The notes under the pieces: model-generated | What the model was told of the DNA's origin: nothing | What the model saw: the letters and a program-made list of their open reading frames with translations, nothing else | The model's database searches: none | Part shown: positions 1 to 13,200 of the stretch, piece by piece | Numbering within the stretch: position 1 is the stretch's first letter | Layout: every line of letters begins with the position of its first letter | Made by a program: the position numbers and the translations under genes | Assembly (NCBI GenBank): GCA_964016885.1 | Contig: OZ024743.1 | Location: forward strand, 124,001 to 188,000 | Direction of reading: 5' to 3' | DNA from: Eledone cirrhosa | Taxonomy: Eukaryota | Length of the DNA: 64,000 nucleotides

Positions 1-884
1 GTCTATGATAGATTTGGCGGACTCCGCCCTTTATAGCAGTTGGCTTAGACCCCGGATACTTGCCCCCTTTTTCCGACCGCTCCCACTATTCTCTGTGCCC
101 TCTATATTTCTTAGTGGCACTTATGCCTTATTTTTTCGTTTCAGTATTTCTTGCTTCGCTTTTCTTCTGGGCGGGGTGGATTCTGAATTTATTTCTCCGT
201 ATTCTACCTTTATTTCGTACGAACTTCCATGTAGCTTGTTTTAGATCTTTTAGAGTTAGCATTAGTATATATTTTTCTCGGGACTCAGAATTATTATCTC
301 GTACAAGTTCACTTTGCTGCACTGGGTCGTTGCTGGCCCGGGATGGAAACCTTTATTGTTTATTTCGTGGTAGTCTCTTTAGTATTTTGGCCCCTTTTGT
401 TGACCCGTCACCGTATCATTTACGTACTTATACCTCTTAAAAGGGTCCTTGCCTATCCGTCCCACCTAGTTCTTTTACTTATTTCGTTATTTCTTTATTT
501 ATTTCTTTCTTTACTTCTTTCTTTCTTTATTTATTTTATTCTAGCCTAACAATAGCCTGACACCTAGGTCGTAGAATTTAATTTACTTTACTTTTTTCTT
601 TACACTTATTTGCTTTTCTTCACTCTCAGTATTTTTTCTTTCCTATATATTTCTACCCCCCATTGTTCTACCTACCGTTCCGACTTCCTCCCCCTCCCCC
701 TCCCCTGTATCTTCTTTGACCTCATGCCCAGCTGTAGCTGGCACTACCAACGCTTGATTGGGTCTACTCCACCCCCTCCCCTCTTTCTCCTACTGGCAGG
801 TTTAGCCACCATCTCCCCTACTAATTTGCAACCACAGAATTACTACTGATTTTTGACAATCACTTTGACCATATATGGAATTAC

Positions 885-1067
885 CCCTTGAGAAGATCGG
901 CTATTTAAATACCAGGATAAATTTTCATTTAGTCCAGAATTAGCCGTCGAAACGGCTTGAGCTCAGCTGTCGGGGTCTTACTGGTTTCTATTACCCACTC
1001 TACTACCTCAAGTATTGAGTACTTTGGTGCATTATGGTCCACCTGGTTCCTTACCATATTTCCTTCG

Positions 1068-1070
<3 letters not shown>
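885..1070 (+). mobile_element. PLE pLTR-like insert, family A copy 1, with degenerate hammerhead
   Basis: Pattern cccc-[ttgagaaga]-tcggcta...tagccgtc-GAAAC-ggct-tgagctc-agct-GTC-gggg. Ends ttccttcgt+(TA)n like the copies at 17117, 25335 and 25533. The first core box is non-canonical. Confidence 0.65.
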
Positions 1071-1109
<39 letters not shown>

Positions 1110-1112
<3 letters not shown>

Positions 1113-1194
1113 ACTTTACCATCTTAACTTTGTATTCCTTATTCTATATATATATATATAGAATAAGAAAATACATAGTTAAGATGGTAAAGTC

Positions 1195-1196
<2 letters not shown>
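1110..1196. repeat. Short inverted repeat centred on (TA)n
   Basis: ggactttaccatcttaactttgtattccttattc-(TA)n-gaataagaaaatacatagttaagatggtaaagtcc, with (TA)n on both outer sides. Confidence 0.85.
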
Positions 1197-1254
<58 letters not shown>

Positions 1255-1368
1255 TTGTATTTACTACTTGTCGTTCTCTTGTTGTTTCTATATGGAAACC
1301 CTAAAAATTCAATGGATCCCACAAGACAAAAGAAATACTCAACCTTCATACAAACAGCAACACACCAT

Positions 1369-1825
1369 CTTCTTCTTCTTCTTCTTCTTCTTCTTCTTCT
1401 TCTTCTTCTTCTTCTTCTTCTTCTTCTTCTTCTTCTTCTTCTTCTTCTTCTTCTTCTTCTTCTTCTTCTTCTTCTTCTTCTTCTTCTTCTTCTTCGCTTA
1501 CTTATTCCTGAAAATGTCATGGGAGCAGGGTACTCAAACACTCCTTCCAGCAGATCCTGTCAGAAGCAACCGTCTCCAACTGATCCGGCTGGACACCCAA
1601 GCGAGACCAACCAAGCTCGTGGATGTTATCCAACCATCTTGCTCGGGGCCTACCCCTGGGTCTTTTGCCGGTTGGTTTTGCCCCTAAAATCTGTCCAGCG
1701 ATTCTTTCCTGAGACATTCTAACCACATGTCCATAGTCCATAGTATCGGAGCTGTGATCTCTCAACCGGAGAAGTAGTGGCTCTACCTGGAGTGACTCTC
1801 TCATCTCTAAACTACTCATTCCTCC
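1369..1825 (-). mobile_element. RTE-clade LINE 3' fragment with (GAA)n tail
   Basis: Translation YGHVVRMSQERIAGQILGAKPTGKRPRGRPRARWLDNI...DRICWK is the typical RTE ORF C-terminus. It is followed by (GAA)n at 1369-1495. Confidence 0.8.
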
Positions 1826-2460
1826 TTTTGTATATATATTTGTCTTTGTATTTCAATAAAACTTTCAATCATCTTTATATCCACTTTTAGCTAATTTTAG
1901 CTATTTTTACAAAACCTGACAATAACACGAACTCTTGACCCAATAGAACGTCACCTAAACACACATACACACACACTACTGAATAAAACCTGAATCTTTA
2001 TTCTCTGATTAGAAAAGGAACTTTCTATTTAAACCCAGAGAATTTTCTAGTGAATCAATTGAATACTGATATGTTGAACACCTCTTACACCCTCACCACC
2101 CTATTTACATAAAGAACATATATATAAGAAGGGATTTTGAGAGAATATTCTCATATACACAGAATATGAGAACAAACGCGTTTAGTATTTGATAAGATTG
2201 ATATACCAATCGAAACTGGTAACTATCTAAATATTCAATTTTAATCAACAGTTTGTCTTCTATGATCGAATATATTGATTTTAATTTTTTCTATTTTTTT
2301 TATTTCGATGATCGATTAAATAGATCGATTTTAGTCATACTTTCCAGGTATGAAATAGCGCTATAAGGTTTCACTTATGATTCCACCTATGTACGTATTC
2401 TTCTAAAGAATATGTATTTGGTATATATACAATATACCGTGTTTCTTATACGATATATGG

Positions 2461-2627
<167 letters not shown>

Positions 2628-2934
2628 TATTTGGTTATATATATTTATATACACACATACACACAATTACACACACATTGACACACACAAACACACACAC
2701 ATATCTATGTATGCATTTGTATATATGACCTTAGTCGTCTGTTATAGACTGAGCAGCAACATTTACAACTTTTCACAATTAAGCTCATGGTTAATCCTTC
2801 TAATTTTGATACGAGAATCAAATCCAAATAAACCACAAATAAACAAGGTATCGCCTATTTGCATTGGTTTATACTTCCATCTTTGCTGTTTCATCTGGTG
2901 AGCTTCATTAATCTTCTCTTATAAAAACATCTAG

Positions 2935-3105
2935 CAAGTCCAAACATTTGGGAAGAAGAAGACGTTAGCCCATTAAATCGATTTCTATAGTTGACTTGAA
3001 CTTTATTTTATCAGTGGATGGATGAAAGGTAAAGTTCACCTCGAATAGATTTGTACAGAACCAGAAAAAATGCTGCAAGGTGTCGAATCCGTCAATTCTT
3101 TCTTA
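2935..3105 (-). mobile_element. Highly decayed SINE copy
   Basis: ctttattttatc...ggatgaaaggtaaagttcacctcg matches the reverse complement of the SINE core seen at 32382. Confidence 0.55.
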
Positions 3106-3265
3106 TATAACGACACCTCTGTTAATTACCGTTTTCTTTCTTAGTGTTTATTATGGTATTTGATCAGATTAGCCATGCACATACACACATGCGGATACAC
3201 ACACATACACAATGTGAATACACACACACACACACATATATATATATGTATATATATGTATATAT

Positions 3266-3333
<68 letters not shown>

Positions 3334-3917
3334 ATATGCATGGATACATAAATATATACTTACACATACACGCATGCACACACACACACACACACTCACA
3401 CACATTCGCACATTTTTTCTTAAAAACCTAACTAATACGTGGAAACCATCGCATATTCGCGGAATCGTAAATATATATATACACCTTGTTGCGACTAAAA
3501 CCTAGAAGTTCGATTGTCCCACATAAAAAGTACATATATACCCGCTAACTTGCTTGCCATTGAATCAGACGATAGTGCTGACGTAAGTCGGTCAGCAGTT
3601 CCCATGGTAACGCCCGAAGAGCAAAAGGGAGAGAACAGAACAAATACCACCGCTGCAGCTGCAGTATTATCAGTAGGAGTAGTAATGGGGGTGGGAGTAG
3701 ATGTGGGAGTAGGAGTAGGAGTAGAATAAATTTGAGTAGAAGCTGGAGTAAAGAGCGAAGAGTAGGAGGAAGAGATAATAAGATATAGAAGTAGGAGAGA
3801 AACAGTGGATTCTGATTGGTTAAAAAAAACAAACACATTTGCCATATTTTTCCCCTTGTCTTTTAAATATTCATGTATTTATTTGAATATAGATGTGTGT
3901 GAATATGTGTATATCTA

Positions 3918-3987
<70 letters not shown>

Positions 3988-4273
3988 GACACACTCAACA
4001 CATACACTTCAGTCTCACTAGGCTTGCGAGGTTGATGGGCGTGCCCCTCCTCTGATTAACTACTTTAGATATGTGCGCACACACTCAGACACATACATAC
4101 GAACACACAGACAAGCGCACCCATACATACACACACAGACACTCTCACACACACGATACAGACACACTCACATACATATACACATACATGCACAAACACA
4201 CATAAATATCACAATTTTCATATAAAATAAATATTAAAAGTAAATATTTTTTGATAAATATTAATTAAGGCTA

Positions 4274-7200
4274 AGGGCGGTGGGTTGGCAGTGTCGGTAG
4301 AGGGCGGTGGGTTGGCAGTGTCGGTAGAGGGCGGTGGGTTGGCAGTGTCGGTAGAGGGCGGTGGACTGGCAGTGTCGGTAGAGGGCGGTGGATTGGCAGT
4401 GTCGGTAGAGGGCGGTGGGTTGGCAGTGTCGGTAGAGGGCGGTGGGTTGGCAGTGTCGGTAGAGGGCGGTGGGTTGGCAGTGTCGGTAGAGGGCGGTGGG
4501 TTGGCAGTGTCGGTAGAGGGCGGTGGACTGGCAGTGTCGGTAGAGGGCGGTGGGTTGGCAGTGTCGGTAGAGGGCGGTGGGTTGGCAGTGTCGGTAGAGG
4601 GCGGTGGACTGGCAGTGTCGGTAGAGGGCGGTGGATTGGCAGTGTCGGTAGAGGGCGGTGGGTTGGCAGTGTCGGTAGAGGGCGGTGGGTTGGCAGTGTC
4701 GGTAGAGGGCGGTGGTTTGGCAGTGTCGGTAGAGGGCGGTGGGTTGGCAGTGTCGGTAGAGGGCGGTGGACTGGCAGTGTCGGTAGAGGGCGGTGGGTTG
4801 GCAGTGTCGGTAGAGGGCGGTGGGTTGGCAGTGTCGGTAGAGGGCGGTGGGTTGGCAGTGTCGGTAGAGGGCGGTGGATTGGCAGTGTCGGTAGAGGGCG
4901 GTGGGTTGGCAGTGTCGGTAGAGGGCGGTGGACTGGCAGTGTCGGTAGAGGGCGGTGGGTTGGCAGTGTCGGTAGAGGGCGGTGGGTTGGCAGTGTCGGT
5001 AGAGGGCGGTGGGTTGGCAGTGTCGGTAGAGGGCGGTGGATTGGCAGTGTCGGTAGAGGGCGGTGGGTTGGCAGTGTCGGTAGAGGGCGGTGGACTGGCA
5101 GTGTCGGTAGAGGGCGGTGGGTTGGCAGTGTCGGTAGAGGGCGGTGGGTTGGCAGTGTCGGTAGAGGGCGGTGGGTTGGCAGTGTCGGTAGAGGGCGGTG
5201 GGTTGGCAGTGTCGGTAGAGGGCGGTGGGTTGGCAGTGTCGGTAGAGGGCGGTGGGTTGGCAGTGTCGGTAGAGGGCGGTGGACTGGCAGTGTCGGTAGA
5301 GGGCGGTGGGTTGGCAGTGTCGGTAGAGGGCGGTGGGTTGGCAGTGTCGGTAGAGGGCGGTGGATTGGCAGTGTCGGTAGAGGGCGGTGGGTTGGCAGTG
5401 TCGGTAGAGGGCGGTGGATTGGCAGTGTCGGTAGAGGGCGGTGGATTGGCAGTGTCGGTAGAGGGCGGTGGGTTGGCAGTGTCGGTAGAGGGCGGTGGAT
5501 TGGCAGTGTCGGTAGAGGGCGGTGGGTTGGCAGTGTCGGTAGAGGGCGGTGGACTGGCAGTGTCGGTAGAGGGCGGTGGGTTGGCAGTGTCGGTAGAGGG
5601 CGGTGGGTTGGCAGTGTCGGTAGAGGGCGGTGGACTGGCAGTGTCGGTAGAGGGCGGTGGACTGGCAGTGTCGGTAGAGGGCGGTGGATTGGCAGTGTCG
5701 GTAGAGGGCGGTGGGTTGGCAGTGTCGGTAGAGGGCGGTGGGTTGGCAGTGTCGGTAGAGGGCGGTGGGTTGGCAGTGTCGGTAGAGGGCGGTGGACTGG
5801 CAGTGTCGGTAGAGGGCGGTGGACTGGCAGTGTCGGTAGAGGGCGGTGGATTGGCAGTGTCGGTAGAGGGCGGTGGGTTGGCAGTGTCGGTAGAGGGCGG
5901 TGGGTTGGCAGTGTCGGTAGAGGGAGGTGGGTTGGCAGTGTCGGTAGAGGGCGGTGGGTTGGCAGTGTCGGTAGAGGGCGGTGGACTGGCAGTGTCGGTA
6001 GAGGGCGGTCGACTGGCAGTGTCGGTAGAGGGCGGTGGATTGGCAGTGTCGGTAGAGGGCGGTGGGTTGGCAGTGTCGGTAGAGGGCGGTGGGTTGGCAG
6101 TGTCGGTAGAGGGCGGTGGGTTGGCAGTGTCGGTAGAGGGCGGTGGACTGGCAGTGTCGGTAGAGGGCGGTGGACTGGCAGTGTCGGTAGAGGGCGGTGG
6201 GTTGGCAGTGTCGGTAGAGGGCGGTGGGTTGGCAGTGTCGGTAGAGGGCGGTGGGTTGGCAGTGTCGGTAGAGGGCGGTGGGTTGGCAGTGTCGGTAGAG
6301 GGCTTTGGGTTGGCAGTGTCGGTAGAGGGCGGTGGGTTGGCAGTGTCGGTAGAGGGCGGTGGACTGGCAGGGTCGGTAGAGGGCGGTGGGTTGGCAGTGT
6401 CGGTAGAGGGCGGTGGATTGGCAGTGTCGGTAGAGGGCGGTGGGTTGGCAGTGTCGGTAGAGCGCGGTGGGTTGGCAGTGTCGGTAGAGGGCGGTGGACT
6501 GGCAGTGTCGGTAGAGGGCGGTGGGTTGGCAGTGTCGGTAGAGGGCGGTGGGTTGGCAGTGTCGGTAGAGCGCGGTGGGTTGGCAGTGTCGGTAGAGGGC
6601 GGTGGACTGGCAGTGTCGGTAGAGGGCGGTGGGTTGGCAGTGTCGGTAGAGGGTGGTGGACTGGCAGTGTCGGTAGAGGGCGGTGGGTTGGCAGTGTCGG
6701 TAGAGGGCGGTGGGTTGGCAGTGTCGGTAGAGGGCGGTGGGTTGGCAGTGTCGGTAGAGGGCGGTGGACTGGCAGTGTCGGTAGAGGGCGGTGGGTTGGC
6801 AGTGTCGGTAGAGGGCGGTGGACTGGCAGTGTCGGTAGAGGGCGGTGGACTGGCAGTGTCGGTAGAGGGCGGTGGGTTGGCAGTATCGGTAGAGGGCGGT
6901 GGGTTGGCAGTGTCGGTAGAGGGCGGTGGGTTGGCAGTGTCGGTAGAGGGCGGTGGGTTGGCAGTGTCGGTAGAGGGCGGTGGGTTGGCAGTGTCGGTAG
7001 AGGGCGGTGGGTTGGCAGTGTCGGTAGAGGGTGGTGGACTGGCAGTGTCGGTAGAGGGCGGTGGGTTGGCAGTATCGGTAGAGGGCGGTGGGTTGGCAGT
7101 GTCGGTAGAGGGCGGTGGGTTGGCAGTGTCGGTAGAGGGCGGTGGATTGGCAGTGTCGGTAGAGGGCGGTGGACTGGCAGTGTCGGTAGTGGGTGGTGGG

Positions 7201-10200
7201 TTGGCAGTGTCGGTAGAGGGCGGTGGGTTGGCAGTATCGGTAGAGGGCGGTGGGTTGGCAGTGTCGGTAGAGGGCGGTGGGTTGGCAGTGTCGGTAGAGG
7301 GCGGTGGATTGGCAGTGTCGCTAGAGGGCGGTGGACTGGCAGTGTCGGTTGAGGGTGGTGGGTTGGCAGTGTCGGTAGAGGGCGGTGGGTTGGCAGTGTC
7401 GGTAGAGGGCGGTGGGTTGGCAGTGTCGGTAGAGGGCGGTGGGTTGGCAGTGTCGGTAGAGGGCGGTGGACTGGCAGTGTCGGTAGAGGGCGGTGGGTTG
7501 GCAGTGTCGGTAGAGGGCGGTGGACTGGCAGTGTCGGTAGAGGGCGGTGGACTTGCAGTGTCGGTAGAGGGCGGTGGGTTGGCAGTGTCGGTAGAGGGCG
7601 GTGGGTTGGCAGTGTCGGTAGAGGGCGGTGGGTTGGCAGTGTCGGTAGAGGGTGGTGGACTGGCAGTGTCGGTAGAGGGCGGTGGGTTGGCAGTATCGGT
7701 AGAGGGCGGTGGGTTGGCAGTGTCGGTAGAGGGCGGTGGGTTGGCAGTGTCGGTAGAGGGCGGTGGATTGGCAGTGTCGGTAGAGGGCGGTGGACTGGCA
7801 GTGTCGGTAGAGGGTGGTGGGTTGGCAGTGTCGGTAGAGGGCGGTGGGTTGGCAGTGTCGGTAGAGGGCGGTGGACTGGCAGTGTCGGTAGAGGGCGGTG
7901 GGTTGGCAGTGTCGGTAGAGGGCGGTGGGTTGGCAGTGTCGGTAGAGGGCGGTGGATTGGCAGTGTCGGTAGAGGGCGGTGGACTGGCAGTGTCGGTAGA
8001 GGGCAGTGGACTGGCAATGTCGGTAGAGGGCGGTGGGTTGGCAGTGTCGGTAGAGGGCGGTGGGTTGGCAGTGTCGGTAGAGGGCGGTGGACTGGCAGTG
8101 TCGGTAGAGGGCGGTGGATTGGCAGTGTCGGTAGAGGGCGGTGGATTGGCAGTGTCGGTAGAGGGCGGTGGATTGGCAGTGTCGGTAGAGGGCGGTGGAC
8201 TGGCAGTGTCGGTAGAGGGCGGTGGACTGGCAGTGTCGGTAGAGGGCGGTGGATTGGCAGTGTCGGTAGAGGGCGGTGGATTGGCAGTGTCGGTAGAGGG
8301 CGGTGGACTGGCAGTGTCNNNNNNNNNNNNNNNNNNNNNNNNNNNNNNNNNNNNNNNNNNNNNNNNNNNNNNNNNNNNNNNNNNNNNNNNNNNNNNNNNN
8401 NNNNNNNNNNNNNNNNNNNNNNNNNNNNNNNNNNNNNNNNNNNNNNNNNNNNNNNNNNNNNNNNNNNNNNNNNNNNNNNNNNNNNNNNNNNNNNNNNNNN
8501 NNNNNNNNNNNNNNNNNNGGCGGTGGATTGGCAGTGTCGGTAGAGGGCGGTGGGGTTGGCAGTGTCGGTAGAGGGCGGTGGGTTGGCAGTGTCGGTAGAG
8601 GGCGGTGGGTTGGCAGTGTCGGTAGAGGGCGGTGGACTGGCAGTGTCGGTAGAGGGCGGTGGGTTGGCAGTGTCGTAGAGGGGCGGTGGACTGGCAGTGT
8701 CGGTAGAGGGCGGTGGGTTGGCAAGTGGTCGGTAGAGGGCGGTGGGTTGGCAGTGTCGGTAGAGGGCGGTGGACTGGCAGTGTCGGTAGAGGGCGGTGGG
8801 TTGGCAGTGTCGGTAGAGGGCGGTGGACTGGCAGTGTCGGTAGAGGGCGGTGGGTTGGCAGTGTCGGTAGAGGGCGGTGGACTGGCAGTGTCGGTAGAGG
8901 GGCGGTGGGTTGGCAGTGTCGGTAGAGGGGCGGTGGGTTGGCAGTGTCGGTAGAGGGCGGTGGGTTGGCAGATGTCGGTAGAGGGCGGTGGGTTGGCAGT
9001 GTCGGTAGAGGGCGGTGTGACTGGGGCAGTGTCGGTAGAGGGCGGTGGGTTGGGCAGTGTCGGTAGAGGGCGGTGGATGGCAGTGTCGGTAGAGGGCGGT
9101 GGGTTGGCAGTGTCGGTAGAGGGCGGTGGACTGGCAGTGTCGGTAGAGGGCGGTGGTCTGGCAGTGTCGGTAGAGGGCGGTGGGTTGGCAGTGTCGGTAG
9201 AGGGCGGTGGGTTGGCAGTGTCGGTAGAGGGCGGTGGGTTGGCAGTGTCGGTAGAGGGCGGTGGGTTGGCAGTGTCGGTAGAGGGCGGTGGGATGGCAGT
9301 GTCGGTAGAGGGCGGTGGGTTGGCAGTGTCGGTAGAGGGCGGTGGGTTGGCAGTGTCGGTAGAGGGCGGTGGGTTGCAGTGTCGGTAGAGGGCGGTGGAT
9401 GGCAGTGTCGGTAGAGGGCGGTGGGTTGGCAGTGTCGGTAGAGGGCGGTGGTTGGCAGTGTCGGTAGAGGGCGGTGGGTTGGCAGTGTCGGTAGAGGGCG
9501 GTGGTGTTGGCAGTGTCGGTAGAGGGCGGTGGGTTGGCAGTGTCGGTAGAGGGCGGTGGGTTGGCAGTGTCGGTAGAGGCGGTGGACTGGCAGTGTCGGT
9601 AGAGGGCGGTGGGTTGGCAGTGTCGTAGAGGGCGGTGGACTGGCAGTGTCGGTAGAGGGCGGTGGGTTGGCAGTGTCGGTAGAGGGCGGTGGTTGGCAGT
9701 GTCGGTAGAGGGCGGTGGACTTGGCAGTGTCGGTAGAGGGCGGTGGATTGGCAGTGTCGGTAGAGGGCGGTGGACTGGCAGTGTCGGTAGAGGGCGGTGG
9801 GTGGCAGTGTCGGTAGAGGGCGGTGGGTTGGCAGTGTCGGTAGAGGGCGGTGGGTTGGCAGTGTCGGTAGAGGCGGTGGGTTGGCAGTGTCGGTAGAGGG
9901 CGGTGGGTGGCAGTGTCGGTAGAGGGCGGTGGACTGGCAGTGTCGGTAGAGGGCGGTGGGTTGGCAATGTCGGTAGAGGGCGGTGGGTTGGCAGTGTCGG
10001 TAGAGGGCGGTGGGACTGCAGTGTCGGTAGAGGGCGGTGGGTTGGCAGTGTCGGTAGAGGGCGGTGGGTTGGCAGTGTCGGTAGAGGGCGGTGGTCTGGC
10101 AGTGTCGGTAGAGGGCGGTGGGTTGGCAATGTCGGTAGAGGGCGGTGGGTTGGCAGTGTCGGTAGAGGGCGGTGGACTGGCAGTGTCGGTAAGGGCGGTG

Positions 10201-13200
10201 GGACTGGCAGTGTCGGTAGAGGGCGGTGGGTGGCAGTGTCGGTAGAGGGCGGTGGGTTGGCAGTGTCGGTAGAGGGCGGTGGACTGCAGTGTCGGTAGAG
10301 GGCGGTGGGTTGGCAGTGTCGGTAGAGGGCGTGGGTTGGCAGTGTCGGTAGAGGGCGGTGGGTTGCAGTGTCGGTAGAGGGCGGTGGACTGGCAGTGTCG
10401 GTAGAGGGCGGTGGGTTGGCAGTGTCGGTAGAGGGCGGTGGGTCTGGCAGTGTCGGTAGAGGGCGGTGGATTGGCTAGTGTCGGTAGAGGGCGGTGGGTT
10501 GGCAGTGTCGGTAGAGGGCGGTGGGTCTGGCAGTGTCGGTAGAGGGCGGTTGCGGTTGGCAGTGTTCGGTAGAGGGCGGTGGACTGGCAGTGTCCGGTAG
10601 AGGGCGGTGGGTTGGCAAGTGTCGGTAGAGGGCGGTGGACTGGCAGTGTCGGTAGAGGGCGGTGGGTTGGCAGTGTCGGTAGAGGGCGGTGGGTTGGCAG
10701 TGTCGGTAGAGGGCGGTGGGTGGCAGTGTCGGTAGAGGGCGGTGGGTTGGCAGTGTCGGTAGAGGGCGGTGGACTGGCAGTGTCGGTAGAGGGCGGTGGG
10801 TTGGCAGTGTCGGTAGAGGGGCGGTGGACTGGCAGTGTCGGTAGAGGGCGGTGGGTTGGCAGTGTCGGTAGAGGGCGGTGGGTTGGCAGTGTCGGTAGAG
10901 GGCGGTGGTTGCAGTGTCGGTAGAGGGCGGTGGGTTGGCAGTGTCGGTAGAGGCGGTGGTTGGCAGTGTCGGTAGAGGGCGGTGGGTTGGCAGTGTCGGT
11001 AGAGGGCGGTGGATTGCAGTGTCGGTAGAGGGCGGTGGGATTGGCAGTGTCGGTAGAGGGCGGTGGACTGGCAGTGTCGGTAGAGGGCGGTGGTTGGCAT
11101 GTCGGTAGAGGGGCGGTGGGTTGGCAGTGTCGTAGAGGGCGGTGGGTTGGCAGTGTCGGTAGAGGGCGGTGGGTTGGCAGTGTCGGTAGAGGGGCGGTGG
11201 GTTGGCAGTGTCGGTAGAGGGCGTGGGACTGGCAGTGTCGGTAGAGGGCGGTGGGTTGGCAGTGTCGGTAGAGGGCGGTGGACTGGCAGTGTCGGTAGAG
11301 GGCGGTGGGTTGGCAGTGTCGGTAGAGGGCGTGGATGGCAGTGTCGGTAGAGGGCGGTGGGTTTGGCAATGTCGGTAGAGGGCGGTGGGTTGGCAGTGTC
11401 GGTAGAGGGCGGTGGGTTGGCAGTGTCGGTTAGAGGGCGGTGGTTGGCAGTGTCGGTAGAGGGCGGTGGGTTGGCAGTGTCGGTAGAGGGCGGTGGAGTT
11501 GGCAGTGTCGGTAGAGGGCGGTGGATTGGCAGTGTCGGTAGAGGGCGGTGGATTGGCAGTGTCGGTAGAGGGCGGTGGACTGGCAGTGTCGGTAGAGGGC
11601 GGTGGGTTGGCAGTGTCGGTAGAGGGCGGTGGATTGGCAGTGTCGGTAGAGGGCGGTGGATTGGCAGTGTCGGTAGAGGGCGGTGGATTGGCAGTGTCGG
11701 TAGAGGGCGGTGGACTGGCAGTGTCGGTAGAGGGCGGTGGGTTGGCAGTGTCGGTAGAGGGCGGTGGGTTGGCAGTGTCGGTAGAGGGCGGTGGATTGGC
11801 AGTGTCGGTAGAGGGCGGTGGGTTGGCAGTGTCGGTAGAGGGCGGTGGGTTGGCAGTGTCGGTAGAGGGCGGTGGACTGGCAGTGTCGGTAGAGGGCGGT
11901 GGATTGGCAGTGTCGGTAGAGGGCGGTGGATTGGCAGTGTCGGTAGAGGGCGGTGGGTTGGCAGTGTCGGTAGAGGGCGGTGGGTTGGCAGTGTCGGTAG
12001 AGGGCGGTGGATTGGCAGTGTCGGTAGAGGGCGGTGGGTTGGCAGTGTCGGTAGAGGGCGGTGGGTTGGCAGTGTCGGTAGAGGGCGGTGGGTTGGCAGT
12101 GTCGGTAGAGGGCGGTGGGTTGGCAGTGTCGGTAGAGGGCGGTGGATTGGCAGTGTCGGTAGAGGGCGGTGGATTGGCAGTGTCGGTAGAGGGCGGTGGG
12201 TTGGCAGTGTCGGTAGAGGGTGGTGTGTTGGCAGTGTCGGTAGAGGGCGGTGGGTTGGCAGTGTCGGTAGAGGGCGGTGGATTGGCAGTGTCGGTAGAGG
12301 GCGGTGGATTGGCAGTGTCGGTAGAGGGCGGTGGATTGGCAGTGTCGGTAGAGGGCGGTGGGTTGGCAGTGTCGGTAGAGGGCGGTGGGTTGGCAGTGTC
12401 GGTAGAGGGCGGTGGGTTGGCAGTGTCGGTAGAGGGCGGTGGATTGGCAGTGTCGGTAGAGGGCGGTGGATTGGCAGTGTCGGTAGAGGGCGGTGGGTTG
12501 GCAGTGTCGGTAGAGGGCGGTGGGTTGGCAGTGTCGGTAGAGGGCGGTGGACTGGCAGTGTCGGTAGAGGGCGGTGGGTTGGCAGTGTCGGTAGAGGGCG
12601 GTGGATTGGCAGTGTCGGTAGAGGGCGGTGGGTTGGCAGTGTCGGTAGAGGGCGGTGGGTTGGCAGTGTCGGTAGAGGGCGGTGGATTGGCAGTGTCGGT
12701 AGAGGGCGGTGGGTTGGCAGTGTCGGTAGAGGGCGGTGGACTGGCAGTGTCGGTAGAGGGCGGTGGGTTGGCAGTGTCGGTAGAGGGCGGTGGGTTGGCA
12801 GTGTCGGTAGAGGGCGGTGGACTGGCAGTGTCGGTAGAGGGCGGTGGGTTGGCAGTGTCGGTAGAGGGCGGTGGGTTGGCAGTGTCGGTAGAGGGCGGTG
12901 GGTTGGCAGTGTCGGTAGAGGGTGGTGGGTTGGCAGTGTCGGTAGAGGGCGGTGGATTGGCAGTGTCGGTAGAGGGCGGTGGATTGGCAGTGTCGGTAGA
13001 GGGCGGTGGGTTGGCAGTGTCGGTAGAGGGCGGTGGGTTGGCAGTGTCGGTAGAGGGCGGTGGGTTGGCAGTGTCGGTAGAGGGTGGTGGGTTGGCAGTG
13101 TCGGTAGAGGGCGGTGGATTGGCAGTGTCGGTAGAGGGCGGTGGGTTGGCAGTGTCGGTAGAGGGCTGTGTGTTGGCAGTGTCGGTAGAGGGCGGTGGGT

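Noticed and set aside
1860-2400. Possible decayed PLE 3' end with hammerhead (gattg-atatac-caatc-gaaac near 2195-2216)
   Set aside because: The first core box is mutated and the coding signal is too weak to call.
3495-3845. Possible host exon
   Set aside because: Short, runs into low-complexity repeats, and has no recognisable domain or partner exons.
8519-11500. Apparently diverged sub-array
   Set aside because: Scattered 1-bp indels next to an N gap look like unpolished long-read error.
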